DNA from: Trichoplax adhaerens
Lineage: Eukaryota; Animalia; Placozoa
Direction of reading: 5' to 3'
Assembly (NCBI RefSeq): GCF_000150275.1
Contig: NW_002060945.1
Span: forward strand, 6,259,246-6,323,245
Length of the DNA: 64,000 nt
Shown: piece by piece, positions 1-13,363 of the stretch
How the letters are laid out: each line of letters opens with the position of its first letter
How positions within the stretch are numbered: position 1 is the first letter of the stretch
The notes under the pieces: generated by a model
Told to the model about the DNA's origin: nothing
What the model saw: the letters and a program-made list of their open reading frames with translations, nothing else
Database searches by the model: none
Made by a program: the position numbers and the translations under genes

Positions 1-2947
1 ATGGACGTACAGTATAACCAAATTTTATTCATCCGTTTAGTATACTTTAAAATCGTCTATGTGTCTAAAAGATTTAAAATACTTTCAAATCGTCCATGTG
101 TCCAAAAGATTACTACACATCATGAATCATATTACCTTTGCAAATAAGAGGATAGTTTACCTCCTATAACTACAAGAGTTTGCTGTACAGTGATGTTCGT
201 ACTTAATCCTGTATACAATTCTTTATTTCATCTGTAAAGGTAATGATGGCCTGCTATGCTATGCAACACAGTCTATTTAAAATGTATCTAAATTAATTAT
301 ATTGTGATGTAATTCTACTTGATATTGACTGTTAGATATAATGTTGCAAGTAACTTGCTATTAACACAGATTAAAACATGAATTGCAAGATTGTGCCCGA
401 GAAGAAACATATTTGTCTTGAATTAACTTCATTTCCAGATCTGAACACGGATGTAATAATCAGCAGCAGACATCTTTATTTCTTACAACCAATCTTATTC
501 TGTCATAGGAATTATTATTTTCTTATTGCTATATTAATGTAGAGGACCCGCCTGGCCAACCAGCATTCATTATAACAAATTCGATGTACTCTTTCTCTCA
601 CTATATTGAAATTCGTATATGACAGCAGATTTGAAAAAACGTTGTTAGCAGTATTGATTCAAAGTAACTTGCTATTAAGACAGAACCAATCGTGATTTCA
701 AGATATACCTGAGAAGGAATGATGCTAAACCGGCACATTTTCCGAATTGAATACATAATTAATGGATGATATCTTACTCTTTGCAACAAATTTTGTTCTC
801 TCATCAGTTGTTCTCCTCAACTGCGAGTGTTTCATTACAGCAAATCCGGTATACTCCTATCCTTATATTGAAGTACCTACTGTACGATAGCAGATTTGGC
901 ATAAGTGAACCCATTTTCCCTAAAAAACTAAGCAAAGTAAACCATTATTATAATTTAGACTTATAATTTCTTTTCTAATCTCCCATTTCGAAAGCTGGTA
1001 GTTGCTATTTATAATAAAAAAAGGATAAGCATTCAGGCAAAATACGCAAGGCACAAAATCTTTTATATAGGAGGATGTTCCGCCACAGCTTTACGAAATC
1101 AAATTGCAATTACACACTCTATCGATCCTCGGTTTTAGCCTGTTTCACTTTTTGAAATTACTACAGAATCAAAACCTTGTAACTGTACTGTAAACCTTTA
1201 ATGGATGCTATACATATATGTAAATTACCTATAGCACTCCAAAAACTGAATGCTACAGGAAAATTACGGGCCAACACTCAAGGAAAAATAATGGCGTCGT
1301 TATTCAAGAGTAAATTTATGTAAACTCTGCATTCTCTCACTACTGTATGTAAACTATTCGTAACTGTAGTTTGCATTGCTTTATTAGATAAAGTATTCGT
1401 AAGTACGAACCCTTCGTAGAATAAAAATAGATCTAAAGAGAGAAATTACAATTTTTTGAATTGCCTACACGATAAAAAGTTTCATACGTGGAATTATTTC
1501 AGTTCTTTTAAAGATTTGAATTTTACTACCCAAATGATGTAGCTGATTAAAGATACTCATCATGGTGCCGAGACTATTTCTTGAGCAGCCTTTACCTATT
1601 TATGCCAGAAGCCGATATAAACTACAGCTTAATTTTTTGACAAATACCAGAAATTAACCAAGATATAGTATTAACAGGTTCAGTATTTTGCGTAAAACGA
1701 TATAAATAATTATCGTCTTATTCTGACATAGTTTACTAAAATCATAAGATGGAAATCTTCACATTCAGGCATTGCGTTCAATTTGCTTATGAACAAGCGT
1801 AAGATATGCTCAGTAACTTACGTCTATTTTTAAAGTAATGGGCAACCTTTACAGGCAAATTAAAAATCTATTCGTTATGTTCCTGACCGATGGCTTTACA
1901 TCTAGCATCTTACTATAGTAAAAATCAATGCACAATTCAAAATGATAAAATTTCATCTGTTGGCCATGATAGGCGTATTGCCATTCTATGCTCCATTACC
2001 CTTTACTACAGCTAAATCCAATCAGAATTTAGCTAGTGAGGGCTAAGGAAATCATCCTTGGTAGATTAGGCAATTAAAAATATTGACTACTCAGGTTATT
2101 TTTTAGAGCTTTTCATTTTAGGGGCCATTCTCATTTGCTTTCTTCGGCATTTTTATGAAGTAGCAGAGTAGTTTATTTTGATGCTATTAGCTCGGCGCAA
2201 TGGCCGTCTACGCGTACACTATGCGCAGCTCGTCTAGAAGCCCGACATCTGAAGTTTATTTGGCGTGCGGTAGTTATTACAGACAGCGCACTGAGTAGGT
2301 TTCAAAAATAAATTTGATCCTTCAATTCCTTCCCTGAGATGGAGTTTCACTGTTAACATATGAGAATTGAATCAATGAATATCGTGCTATGAGCTGCTAT
2401 CGACTGTAAAGTAAATATTAGAAATGAAAAATTTTCTCAGGATATCGCCTTATCCGACAATTTGTCTTATTAGGAAGACAGAGATTGACCCTATAACCAT
2501 CGTTTAATCTAATATATCCTAATCTTGGAGCCATAAGTATTCGTGCAATGCACGGCATTTCTACCAACGTATATCGTTATAAAACTAGTTCTTTCTATTT
2601 TCATGCCATGTTTAATACGGAATCGCTTTCCCAATTTTTTCTATATACTGTAAATTTGCGACATACCCTACCATTAACAGTATGAGAATTTTGACTGCCC
2701 GCAGATCTCTTGGCTCTATTGCACTAGTTTGAAGGAGTACATAGGGTAAGAAGAAAATATCACTGATCCCATCAATCAATGAACTAACTGTAGTGTTAAA
2801 TTGGTTAATTAATCACGCTAGTCATGAGAGTAAATGTTTGTTTTCTTAATTAGATCACGCTTTAATTTGGGCATTCCAAATGGTGTTACGCATTTTTGGG
2901 ACATAACTCGCTGCTAATTTGACGTTGACGATGGTGTTGGTCAAAGG

Positions 2948-2954
2948 TATAAAA
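2948..2954 (+). promoter_or_regulatory. TATA box of the peroxidase gene
   Basis: TATAAAA 72 nt upstream of the ATG at 3020. Confidence 0.55.
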
Positions 2955-3019
2955 GCAGCTACCTTAATCAGCTCCTAATTTGTTATAGCGCTATACAATC
3001 CGCAGGAAGATTTTCAGCC

Positions 3020-5313
3020 ATGAAGAAATTTCAAATAATGTTAAAATTTCTCGCACTATCATTCATTTTTGCCAATGTTATAGCTACTGATGTGCAGTTA
3101 TCGCAACCTCGATGTCGATGTCCATGTAGCAATCAATCGCTTCAAAATCTTGAGTAAGTATACAAAATTCGTTAACAAATTAACGAAATCTGCATTAGGG
3201 TATTGCATAATTTTTCTTAAAAAACTCGCACTAACCTAACTCTAATATTGTATTGAAATAGAATTATTTTAAAGAATTTCTCCTTCTATTCTTTGTTGTT
3301 ACGATTTACAGAGTTATACGGATCTGCAAAGCATACAGTTTAATCAAAAACTATCACATTTATGATTATCGTTGCTGTTTCATCAATGCAAATGGAATTC
3401 CATATCCAAGAAAAAAGAGGGAATTAGTTGCCAATTCACCTGAAAAATTTTATGAATTTCTGTTGAAACGGCTGCGTCATGAAGACGAAAAAAGCAGTAG
3501 TGCTAATTTTAGTACTATTAGTGTACGCTCATCGACTCCAATTCACGAGCAAATACTGTCCAAAGTTTCTAGTTGCAAGCCTGTTTTGAAACCTAAAAGA
3601 TGTCGCAAGAATAAGTTTAATCGTTTATATCGAACTGAAGACGGCACCTGTAACAATTTCCGTCAAACAACATGGGGTGCAGCTCCAACCCTTTTTCGCC
3701 GCGCTATACCATCAAGATATGCTAACTATATTAACAAGCCTGTTGGTTGGAGCCATGCAAACTATCTACCAAGCCCAAGATTGGTATCTAATCGCGTAAT
3801 TTCGTCAAGAAAAATTACACTATCATCAAGATATACCGATTTAATGATGCATTGGGGTCAATTTATTGACCATGATCTAACTTTAACAGTTACCGTAGAT
3901 AAAAAAATTGAAAAAATTTGTAGTCAAAGTTGTAAGAAATATAGCCATTGCTTTCCTATACCTGTCAGCAAGCAAGATAGTAAATTTTCTTGCGAGAAAT
4001 GCTTACAATTTACACGCGCAGCTGCTGCTTGTGGTACAGGATTAACAAGTATTGTCTACGGATCTGCTCGGCCACGAGAGCAAATAAATGGTATTACAGC
4101 ATTTATTGATTCGTCCAATGTCTATGGATCATCGAAAAAGGAATCCAATTTATTGCGTAAGCGTCGATCGAAAGGCCTATTAAAGGTAGGTAAACGCGTC
4201 AGTCGTGGTAAATTTCTATTGCCATTTGCTAAAAAAGGGCAAACAGAGTGCCAACCTAGCGATATCCTGAAGCCATGCTTTTTAGCAGGCGATAAAAGAG
4301 CTAATGTTCAGATAGGTCTGACAGCAATCCATACCATTTGGGTTCGAGAGCACAACCGTATTGCTAAGAGATTGGCAAGAATCAATCCAAGGTGGAACTC
4401 TGATCGAGTGTATCAGGAAACTCGCAAGATTGTCATCGCTCAAAATCAACACGTTATTTTCTACCACTATCTTCCAAAATTGCTAGGAGTTACCTTTCCT
4501 ACGTTGATACCAGATTATTCCGGTTATAAGAAACGAGTGGATCCTTCAATAATGGCTTCTTTTGCAGCTGCAGCTTTCCGCATTGGACATACACTTATCA
4601 ATCCAGTACTGCATCGTTTAGATAGCAATTACCAGCCAATACCACAAGGAAGTATCCGTTTGAAAGATGCTTTTTTTGCACCACATCGAATTCTCAACGA
4701 AGGTGGAATTGATCCCATTTTAAGAGGCATAACTGGTAAATACGGAAAACTAAAGTCGCCAAGTCGTTTGGTCTCTAAGGAAGTAACGGATCATCTCTTT
4801 GAAGTAGATCATCAAATGGCAATGGATTTAGCTTCATTAAATATCCAACGTGGCCGAGATTTTGGTCTGCCTAGTTATAATACCTGGAGAAAGCGATGTG
4901 GATTAAGAAAAGCAAGGAGATTCTCACAATTATCTGGTGAAATTGATCGTAAAACTATTGCTAAACTAGCTCAGGTATATGATCATCCAAATGATATTGA
5001 CTTATGGGTAGGTGGTGTTAGTGAAAAGAACATTCGTAAAGGTGTAATGGGACCAACATTTGCCTGCATTATTGCAAAGCAATTTATTAAAATTCGAGAT
5101 GGTGATCGATTTTGGTATGAAAAACCAGGAGTTTTCACTTCTCAACAATTAAGGCAGATAAAGCAATCTTCGTTAGCAAGAGTTATTTGCGACAACAGTG
5201 ATGGTATAACTCGGATACAGGAAGACGTATTCCGCGATTATAATACAACCGGCAATGCTTTTGTTGATTGCAATACTATCCCTCGCATCAATTTAAGGAA
5301 ATGGAAAGATTAG
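3020..5313 (+). CDS. Secreted animal heme peroxidase (peroxidasin-like catalytic domain, no LRR/Ig/VWC); 2 exons, 3020-3153 and 3312-5313, 711 aa
   Basis: Exon 1 (MKKFQIMLKFLALSFIFANVIATDVQ..., signal peptide-like) splices GTAAGT..TTTACAG in frame with ORF 3463-5313. Family motifs: RTEDGTCNN, WGQFIDHD (distal His), REQIN..TAFIDSSNVYGS, GDKRAN, REHNR, FRIGHT (proximal His), NIQRGRD, RDGDRFWYE. Confidence 0.93.
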
Positions 5314-5962
5314 TAATGCCTAACTATGTATCTGATTTAACTTTCACCAATGTACGGTATTAAATGATTATATTCTGTGTCTATAATTAATCTGAAGACT
5401 AGCTATGATCTGCAAAGAAAGACAGAAAGATGCTGGCATGTTTGCTCTTATAGGATACTAATTTAAAGTTGCACTAGACTGAAATAGGCCATAATAGTAC
5501 TATTTGATCTACTCGCATGCTATAAACGTAGGAATTGTATGAATACTATGAAATGATGATTTAACGACTTCGTTTACTGTAATATCAAATGCTTCAATTT
5601 TATAAACATCAATAAATGAATATTGGTAAAAACTCTAGTATGCCTGATAGACTGTAATAGTTCTTCTTATTTATGCACAGTATTCACTATAAGTAGTACA
5701 ATTTACGGTTCTTCAAGACGATTAGTAAGCTTAAGTTCACTATCCGTGTCGGAATCGTCTAAATATAGATCTTTATTAAAAAGTTTCGAAAATTCACATA
5801 GTGCAGATAAGTACACATAATTTAAGATCGATCTTTAGTATTTCTACTATGAATACAAAGTGTTCAAACAACACAGATCTATAAAGTTATTGACAAGAGT
5901 GGTCTTGTACAGACTATAATGCAGACAGACAGTAAGTGTAGTACAGTAATAATCCAATTCCG

Positions 5963-6762
5963 TTATTCTAAGCCTTTGGTATTTTTAAAAGGATGATAGC
6001 CATGTTCCTTCGCAATTTTAATAGGTATAAAGGAAGGTTGAGGAAAGTTATCCCAACTGTTCCATTGCCATCCTATAAAAAAATGGGAGCAATTAGGAAA
6101 TACTTTATACGTATTAATCAGTAATGAAAATACAGTACATAGGATGACTACAGTGTCGATAGGAATAGATAAATTGGAATATCTGATAATCTTATCAGAG
6201 AAAATCAAAATTAGAGCCTGCTAATACTCTTCTTAGTCCCTTATTTCTACCCGAAAGATACGAATTACAGCATTAGCAGTTGCAGATGATATTAATGAAC
6301 TCAATTACCTTCACAACGGTGTGGTTCCATTAATTTGACTTGGCTATCTTCATCAACACATCCTTTGACTAGGATTACAACAAAATGACTGTTATTTTCT
6401 AGGTCGACCACATTCACGGTAGTTTCGATGGTACAATTTTGTAACTCTAAATCAGTTTCTTCCAGCAACTCCCTCTTTGCACAAGCAATAAAAGATTCCC
6501 TGCAGACAAAATCGAATTTTACTTATATTACAAGTTTGCTTAAAGCAATAGTTAGACATCGTTCATCACTGTGTTTGTATGGAAAAAATTCTTGTGGTGT
6601 ACTGCACTGCTAATATAATTTACCCGAATTCCAAATGTCCTCCTGGTAAGGCATAATGCCCATCGCCGTAGCTACCTTTTCTTTTACCAACCAACACACA
6701 ATTTGGATATTTAGGATTTGTGACCACAACGCCTACTCCAACTTTTGGTTTCCTTTCTTGGT
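5963..6762 (-). CDS. NUDT15: Nudix hydrolase, NUDT15-like; exons 6762-6624, 6499-6309, 6072-5963; first exon unresolved
   Basis: Spliced translation ...[60 protein letters not shown]...[18 protein letters not shown]...EHGYHPF follows human NUDT15 ([38 protein letters not shown]). GT-AG sites have consistent phases and the Nudix box is present. Confidence 0.9.
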
Positions 6763-8115
6763 CTGTGTATAACAATAAAATATGCGAGTACAAGGTAAGT
6801 ATTTGTGATAGAGGGTAGAAACTTCAGGCACCAACTATAATTTGGGTCAGCAAGAACAGCCCTCTACAGATAGTAGGATTGTATCAATTGAACAGCTCAG
6901 TAGCTATACCATAGCTCATACTGCATGGTAATTAACAATATAATAAGTCAAGTTATGCATTACATTGCACTTTGCACATAATATGAACTTTCATGGCTTT
7001 GCAGCAACTCTTCGATGTTAGCTGATAGCTCTATACCTACACCATGGTTTAGAGTACATGGCGGATTGCGTGCAAATTGATAACGTAATAAATGATGCAG
7101 CAATAATGTTGTAGTTTTAACCACCATAAAGGCTTTCATAACCAAGCAGTAACTACAGTAGTAGTGTTTGTATAAATCCCTTCGTCTCATCATCTTTTAG
7201 CCAATATCTAATTATCTGTTACGTTATTGGATGTCGAGAAACGCATTCGTATGCCAGGGTTAAAGCCATCCAATGGACCATATTATGCCGCTATTTGTCT
7301 GCACCTCTATCGTGTACTGTATCGCATCAAATCTACCAGTATATCAGGTAATATTTACAAGTCACTTTTGCAAAATTTAAGTTAAGCTTGCAGTATTGAT
7401 CAGCTTATACCGCCATGCAACAGTATAGAGCCTTTAGTCTCATCGATCTTCAGCTAATACAAGGATCTAATTTAAGTATTAATATAATCGAATCTGTTGC
7501 AAGAAAAATCATCGAACTTGCCTGTCATCCTGCTATTTCTCTGTTCTTTACCGTACACCGTACTGCATTCAATCTATATCCAGTAATATTAACAAGCCAC
7601 CTTTTGCAATATTATGTTTGCAGCACTTGCCAGCTTTCTGCAGAGTGGCGAGGAATAATATTCAAATGGATTAACTGTAAATACAAGCGATGGATTGGAT
7701 CGACGATAATTTTAATATACTGTTCCATACAGTAGCTTAAAATACGGATCGAGTAGTGTTGAAAGGGAATATTTATGCGCTGTGTATGATATCATGATAG
7801 TGGCATAGTAAAAATCAAATCAGACACCAGTTTTCATACTGTACCATGAGTTGATCGCTTATATTTATACACTATAGCATAAGGTTTAGGAGCACTTGTA
7901 AACCTCCTTCCGGCAATCCCTTGTGCATAATTATTAATGATTGGGCATGCAAGTGTATTAGCGGCAGAATTATTAGGTAAATGCTTCTATGAGCTTCAAG
8001 ATCTCTATATAATCCATATTTAGGGCTACAATCCTGTATATAAGAATCATAGACCTCACCCTATGATGATAAGAAATTCGTACTGCTTAACATATCGATT
8101 TTGGTAAACAAGTTC

Positions 8116-11100
8116 ATGGCAATGTACGACAACGATCAAACTTATCTTAAGACTCTTTCCAATATTTCTTATGCAATTATCAACAAACCCCAGGATCTCA
8201 ATTTAGTGGAAACTACAAAACTCCTCTTACCTATACCAATCCAGGTAGAGAATAGAATACATATACGCTACAGTATTATTGGAACAGCGGTACAGGGCTA
8301 CAAAAAAATAAAAATTTGATTGAAATTGTTTCAAATGATGTTACTTTAATTTAAAAGTACAGTACAGTATACGCATACTGTATCACACATCTTTTTCATC
8401 TTTAATCGATAGTAAAGCATGATTTTATATCTTAGGATGATTCAGAAAGATTGATTAATATATCTGCGAAATTATCAACTATCACCGAGCTATTTCAACA
8501 TGCTGCCCACCCCGAGGATCATCTAACTTGTATATGCAATAAGGTTATTAGCGAGGGACTAATCCCTAAATTAGTAAGTTGAATCATACCAGTAATTCCT
8601 TAAATAGTATTATAGAGATGAATTCCTTTTTAGATCATTTTCTTTGCTTCAATGCAATTGTCGTCATAATTCACTATTATGTAACGGAATGGTCTATTTG
8701 TACTCTTTATCTAGATGGAATATTATTACTCCAAATCGGATAACAAGTTGCTGTTATATAGCACATCACGAACAATACTTAATGCCATCTTTTGCTATAA
8801 GGTAATGGACAATCTATTATCAGAAGAGAATTACAGTTAATAATGGAACCATTAAATTTACACTTTTATTAGAAAGTAAGAATACACTTGTAGTAGCTGT
8901 CTACGACGATGTCTGTAGTGATATGTTAGTTGTGGTCGTAAATATCAAATACTGTATATGATAGTACAGTAAGGTATAATGATTTAAACAGAAATGTAAC
9001 TATTCATCAGCATTATAGTGTTTACCATCTGAAATTATAGCTACTTAACGAAGCGGATTGTAAATACGTATGCAAATATTCTCTGATTATAACGCTATAA
9101 CCTTTATAATTCTGTTTAAACACAAAATATACTCCGGATTATGTCAGTTCCCGACGGCTGCTATTCAGCAAATCCTGCAAATGATCTTCGATGTCACCCT
9201 GCAAATTCCATCTACTACCAGGATCACACAAACATTAGATTTCCTAAAACAAGTTCTCCACAATTGCCGAGAGGTCTGTAGTAAGGAAGGAAACATTCAA
9301 GCTATTACGGACAACAACTACATCCAATGTAATGTATAGCATTTGCTCTATATCGTAGACCTCGATATCGTAAAATTGTTGCATGGTCCGCTTACATATA
9401 CTGCTTTGTACTGTGTTATTCATAGTTATTGCTGGCTGTACTACTGCATTTGTGATGGATAATTGGCAATTGATGTTGAAGCTGGTTGATATGAACCTAC
9501 TGCTATCTGATACATCTTTCCACAGCAGCAGCAATGCCAAGCAAGACATTGAATTGCATACAGTATCATTTCTTAATTTAGTAATGGAATGCGTAAGACG
9601 AGTATCTAGAAAGCATGATTCCTCAACGCAGCAAATGGACATAATTCTAGAAAACATAAGACTTTCTCAAATTCCGGAAATACTAAAAAAAGACTTTATT
9701 CATCATTTAATTCTGAGAAGGACTCTAGATATATTTATCGAAATTTTTTCCTTTTATAATTTGAATTTACCCAATAGATTGAAAACCATCAATTTGGTAT
9801 TACTAGAGTTGACGGTAAATTGCTTAAAAGATATCGTCGATAATCGTGAAAATTTATCATCAAAGTATATTATCGCTATGCAAAATATTTCGTTGTTTTC
9901 TGGCTTTTATCACTCGGCACGTAATGAAGCAGGTTCTAAAATTGGCAAGTCAGTTATGAATGATTACGCTTGTAGCAGTAGTCTGCTTCGGAAGTTGATG
10001 TTATGCCTTTTTGCAAGTCTACGGATCGTTTTAAGCTGTGAAGTAAATAAATCTACAGGTACAATTCGTTACTACTTTAAGTTTATATTCCGTGTATTCA
10101 TAGTATATTGGCTCATAAAAACTGCTTTTAAACGGTATCATATTGTTATAGACCAAACTGATGAAGACTTAGTTTTTCGGTCCATAGAAAGCATCATATA
10201 CTATCTACATGTTTTTCATGATATTGTCGCAACTGGTAATCCTATGTCTACTAGTCAGGATAATTGCAACGATACAACTGGTCTAGCGAAAACTTTGGTC
10301 AATACTTTTATTGATGAAGACGATTCTTTAGTTCAAATTATTTTATGGCTTCTGGATGTTTATTCTGCCGTGAAAATTTTCTCAAATTCTTGTAGTTGTA
10401 GGTAACTACTCAACTTCACTGTAGAACTATCGGCTAGTTCGGAATAACAAATACCGCTTTATTAATTTTCATTATGCTTCTATTCTTGTAGGTTGGCTAT
10501 AGCATTGGCTCCTTTAGAAACCTTTATGTCACAACTTCAACCTGATTTGGTCTTTATATTATTAATTAAATATTTTTATTACGATCATACAGTGCTTTTG
10601 GATATGTTGATATCCAATGAAACTAATTTTCTAGAATGCTTCGTAAAATATTTAAAATTCATAATTCAAGACTGGGATAATTTTCGTAAAGCTCATGATA
10701 GCCTTTCCGACACGTCACTAATTGCTAACGAGCATCTCGCAGATATTGAGGCAATCAATGTTAGCGAGCATTCTAATATTGAAGTAAGTGAACATGTCTT
10801 TACGGTCGGTATGATAGTTCATAAAACAGTGATAGTTTAGCTGTACTCTTTCATTCCTAATTATAAGTTGATCTATTAAATAATTATCCTATTAATGTGA
10901 GCGAACTGCTGTATACTTTACCTACAACAATAGATAAGAGGGGATCATTATAATGAGACAGATCTTAGCCAGGCAATGTCAGTGAACGAAATTCATGACG
11001 TGAAGCATCATTACGACATAAGTTTGCTATCATCATTTGAAAATTATTCAAAAGATACTGAGAATGGTGATGACGTATCTTCAATATCATCGTTGGAAGA

Positions 11101-11314
11101 ACTTTACAGCCAAAGTATATCATCAATATCTTCATCTGAATCTTTTAGTAGTACGAGAGACTGCGAGTACACTTTGGATAAAACTATGGCGGTTTTAATC
11201 CGCTTAAATTTAGCCATTGAAAGATTAAAAGAAAAGGATCTGTTTCCGTACTGTCCGGATGCATTGCTAAAACTACTTTCTCAAGTTGAAGAATTATACG
11301 AAGCCGGCTATTAA
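8116..11314 (+). CDS. LINS1: Protein Lines homolog (LINS1), multi-exon; 5' exons approximate
   Basis: FIDEDDSL, YDHTVLLDMLISNETNFLECFVKYLK..DWDNF and the C-terminal LIRLNLAIERLKEKDLFPYCPDALLKLL match the Lines_N and Lines_C signatures. GT-AG-bounded exons lie near 8116, 8436, 8715, 9428, 10493 and 10933. Confidence 0.85.
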
Positions 11315-13363
11315 CATACAGTATATTTTTTATTTTTATTATTGTATGTAGAATTGATTTAATACAAGACATTCATTTTGTATATACCAGTGCAGTATAC
11401 ATATATCATTATTATCTAAAGTGAATACAGTAAATTATTGAGATCAATTTCACTATCCTACTAGTTCTTTTTCGATTCATGCAACAAAAATGAACTGGAT
11501 TATTCCGACAATATACATATTATAAACTACATATAAAATGTACAAACAATTTATCTATAGTTTATAGACCTTTTCAACTTTTAATGTTGTTGACGTGTCC
11601 TGATTAAACGTAGGATACATGCATATCGATACCTTAATTAATGTCCATGGTGTCAGGACTACTTTGAACTTAATTGTGATTCTAGGCTATCGAGATGGAG
11701 GATTTGAGAGCCTAACCAGTAGTTTTTCTTTTATTATGGACTTTTACTTTTATATTGATACTCAAGGAAATCCTTAAACTGTGTTTATATTCTTGATGTA
11801 AAGATATTTTATCCATTTGATGATTTATAGCTCATCTATCTTCTCGTAACAGTTCGCTCTGTAATTGAGATGCAGTTTGTTTGAACATGTTGCAAATACA
11901 TTTGAATAGTTATGAGAATGCACTTTTCCAGATTTAAGTCAAGATTAATGGAGGCCAATCGAACTACTAGGAAATGAAAGATTTTGGTCTATTCATTTCA
12001 AGCGTAATTCAATCGTCTCAGCATATTTAAAAGTAGTTGATGCCGCAGCGAGAGTGTCTAAATTAATATTCTGCTGTACTGTATTGTGCTTACTTTTGTG
12101 CACAATTACAGTGTGTGCATGTCTAGATTTGCATATGTAGGATGCATCTTTCTCAGTGAAACTGATCGACGATGGATACATCTTGATTAAAACCAAGAGC
12201 TACGAAAGAAGGGCTTTTAAGAACTTAAAGGCGGAATTGATTCATACTGAAACCATCTAATTTAGGTCAAGATTTATTCGATGCAGCACCCAGGCAAGAT
12301 CGATATTGCTGGTGAATTTAAAATTTGGTACTATGTTTATTTTAGGCTGGTGCGTCTAATAAATCGTCTACAAATTTCAAATTTTGTATGTTTATATCGA
12401 TGCGTATAAATACACTAATCACTCGGTATAAAACTACATGATCCATCATCATGAGACCAAACGTATTGGATCAAAGGAACTACTAAAATAGAGAGAGCAG
12501 CAAAACAGTCAAGCCTCATCGTTTAGGGTTGCAGAGACCTTGATAACTTGTGATGTGAGCTGAGTCAGTGTTGTGGTAGCGATGCGCACGCGTACCAATT
12601 GCAGCAAAATGCCAGCGCTCTATTTCTAATTTTACCGCCAATTTTTTAGTCTAGTCGTGTTTACGGTAGGTTGCCATTTTACTGTATAGCTAAGCATGCT
12701 GTCTTCATTGAGATTAGGACTCAATCCCACAACGATAGCAATTCATCAGCGATTAGCAAACTAATTCGTACATTTTAAGACTAATTGAAATAAATTGATA
12801 GGCTAATCACGTATCAAAGTGCAATCGCCTAACCATGTCAAATCCATCGACCGACTAATAGTCGTTAGCATAGTGTCATGACCAAGGGAGTACAGAAAAA
12901 TCGAGAAATGTTTTAGATACTGCTTACAAATGCTATAATACTGCATAAGACCCTACAGAGAGAGAGACTATGTTATTTCCATCGTTCAACATCTGATTTT
13001 TCCCCTTGACTGCAAATAACACCGTGAAATTAAGACATTGATGGTTTAATATGGAAGACCCTCTGACTATGGCCTGCAAGCGCAGTCTGGTAGGTGACGG
13101 ATACCAGTACGGTACGGTGACTGACACTCACTGCCGTTTCCCTTCAGCCGAGTTCTGTAGTTTCTATACTGTGTGCATGTACTGTACGCTATGTTTAGGA
13201 TGCTATACAGACTAAAGGTATCGGTACGGTCTACAGTAGTAGCCCATGCCCTTCCACTGTAGCGTACAGTACTGTACGGTAATAAAGAGTCAGGCAACTG
13301 AAGCGCCAAGTCGTGTCAGTCTTTCACAGCATTGACCTGCTAGTTGGCAAGTCCATTGCAATC

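Noticed and set aside
1-2900. Short ORFs and a GC-richer patch near 2190-2300
   Set aside because: No recognisable protein or RNA motif; left unannotated.
10059-10151. Hydrophobic TM-like segment within the LINS1 340-aa ORF
   Set aside because: Probably a stop-free in-frame intron (GTACAA...TTATAG).
12141-12260. Exon-like stretch (DASFSVKLIDDGYILIKTK...) between LINS1 and CEP120
   Set aside because: No recognisable homology and no consistent upstream exons.
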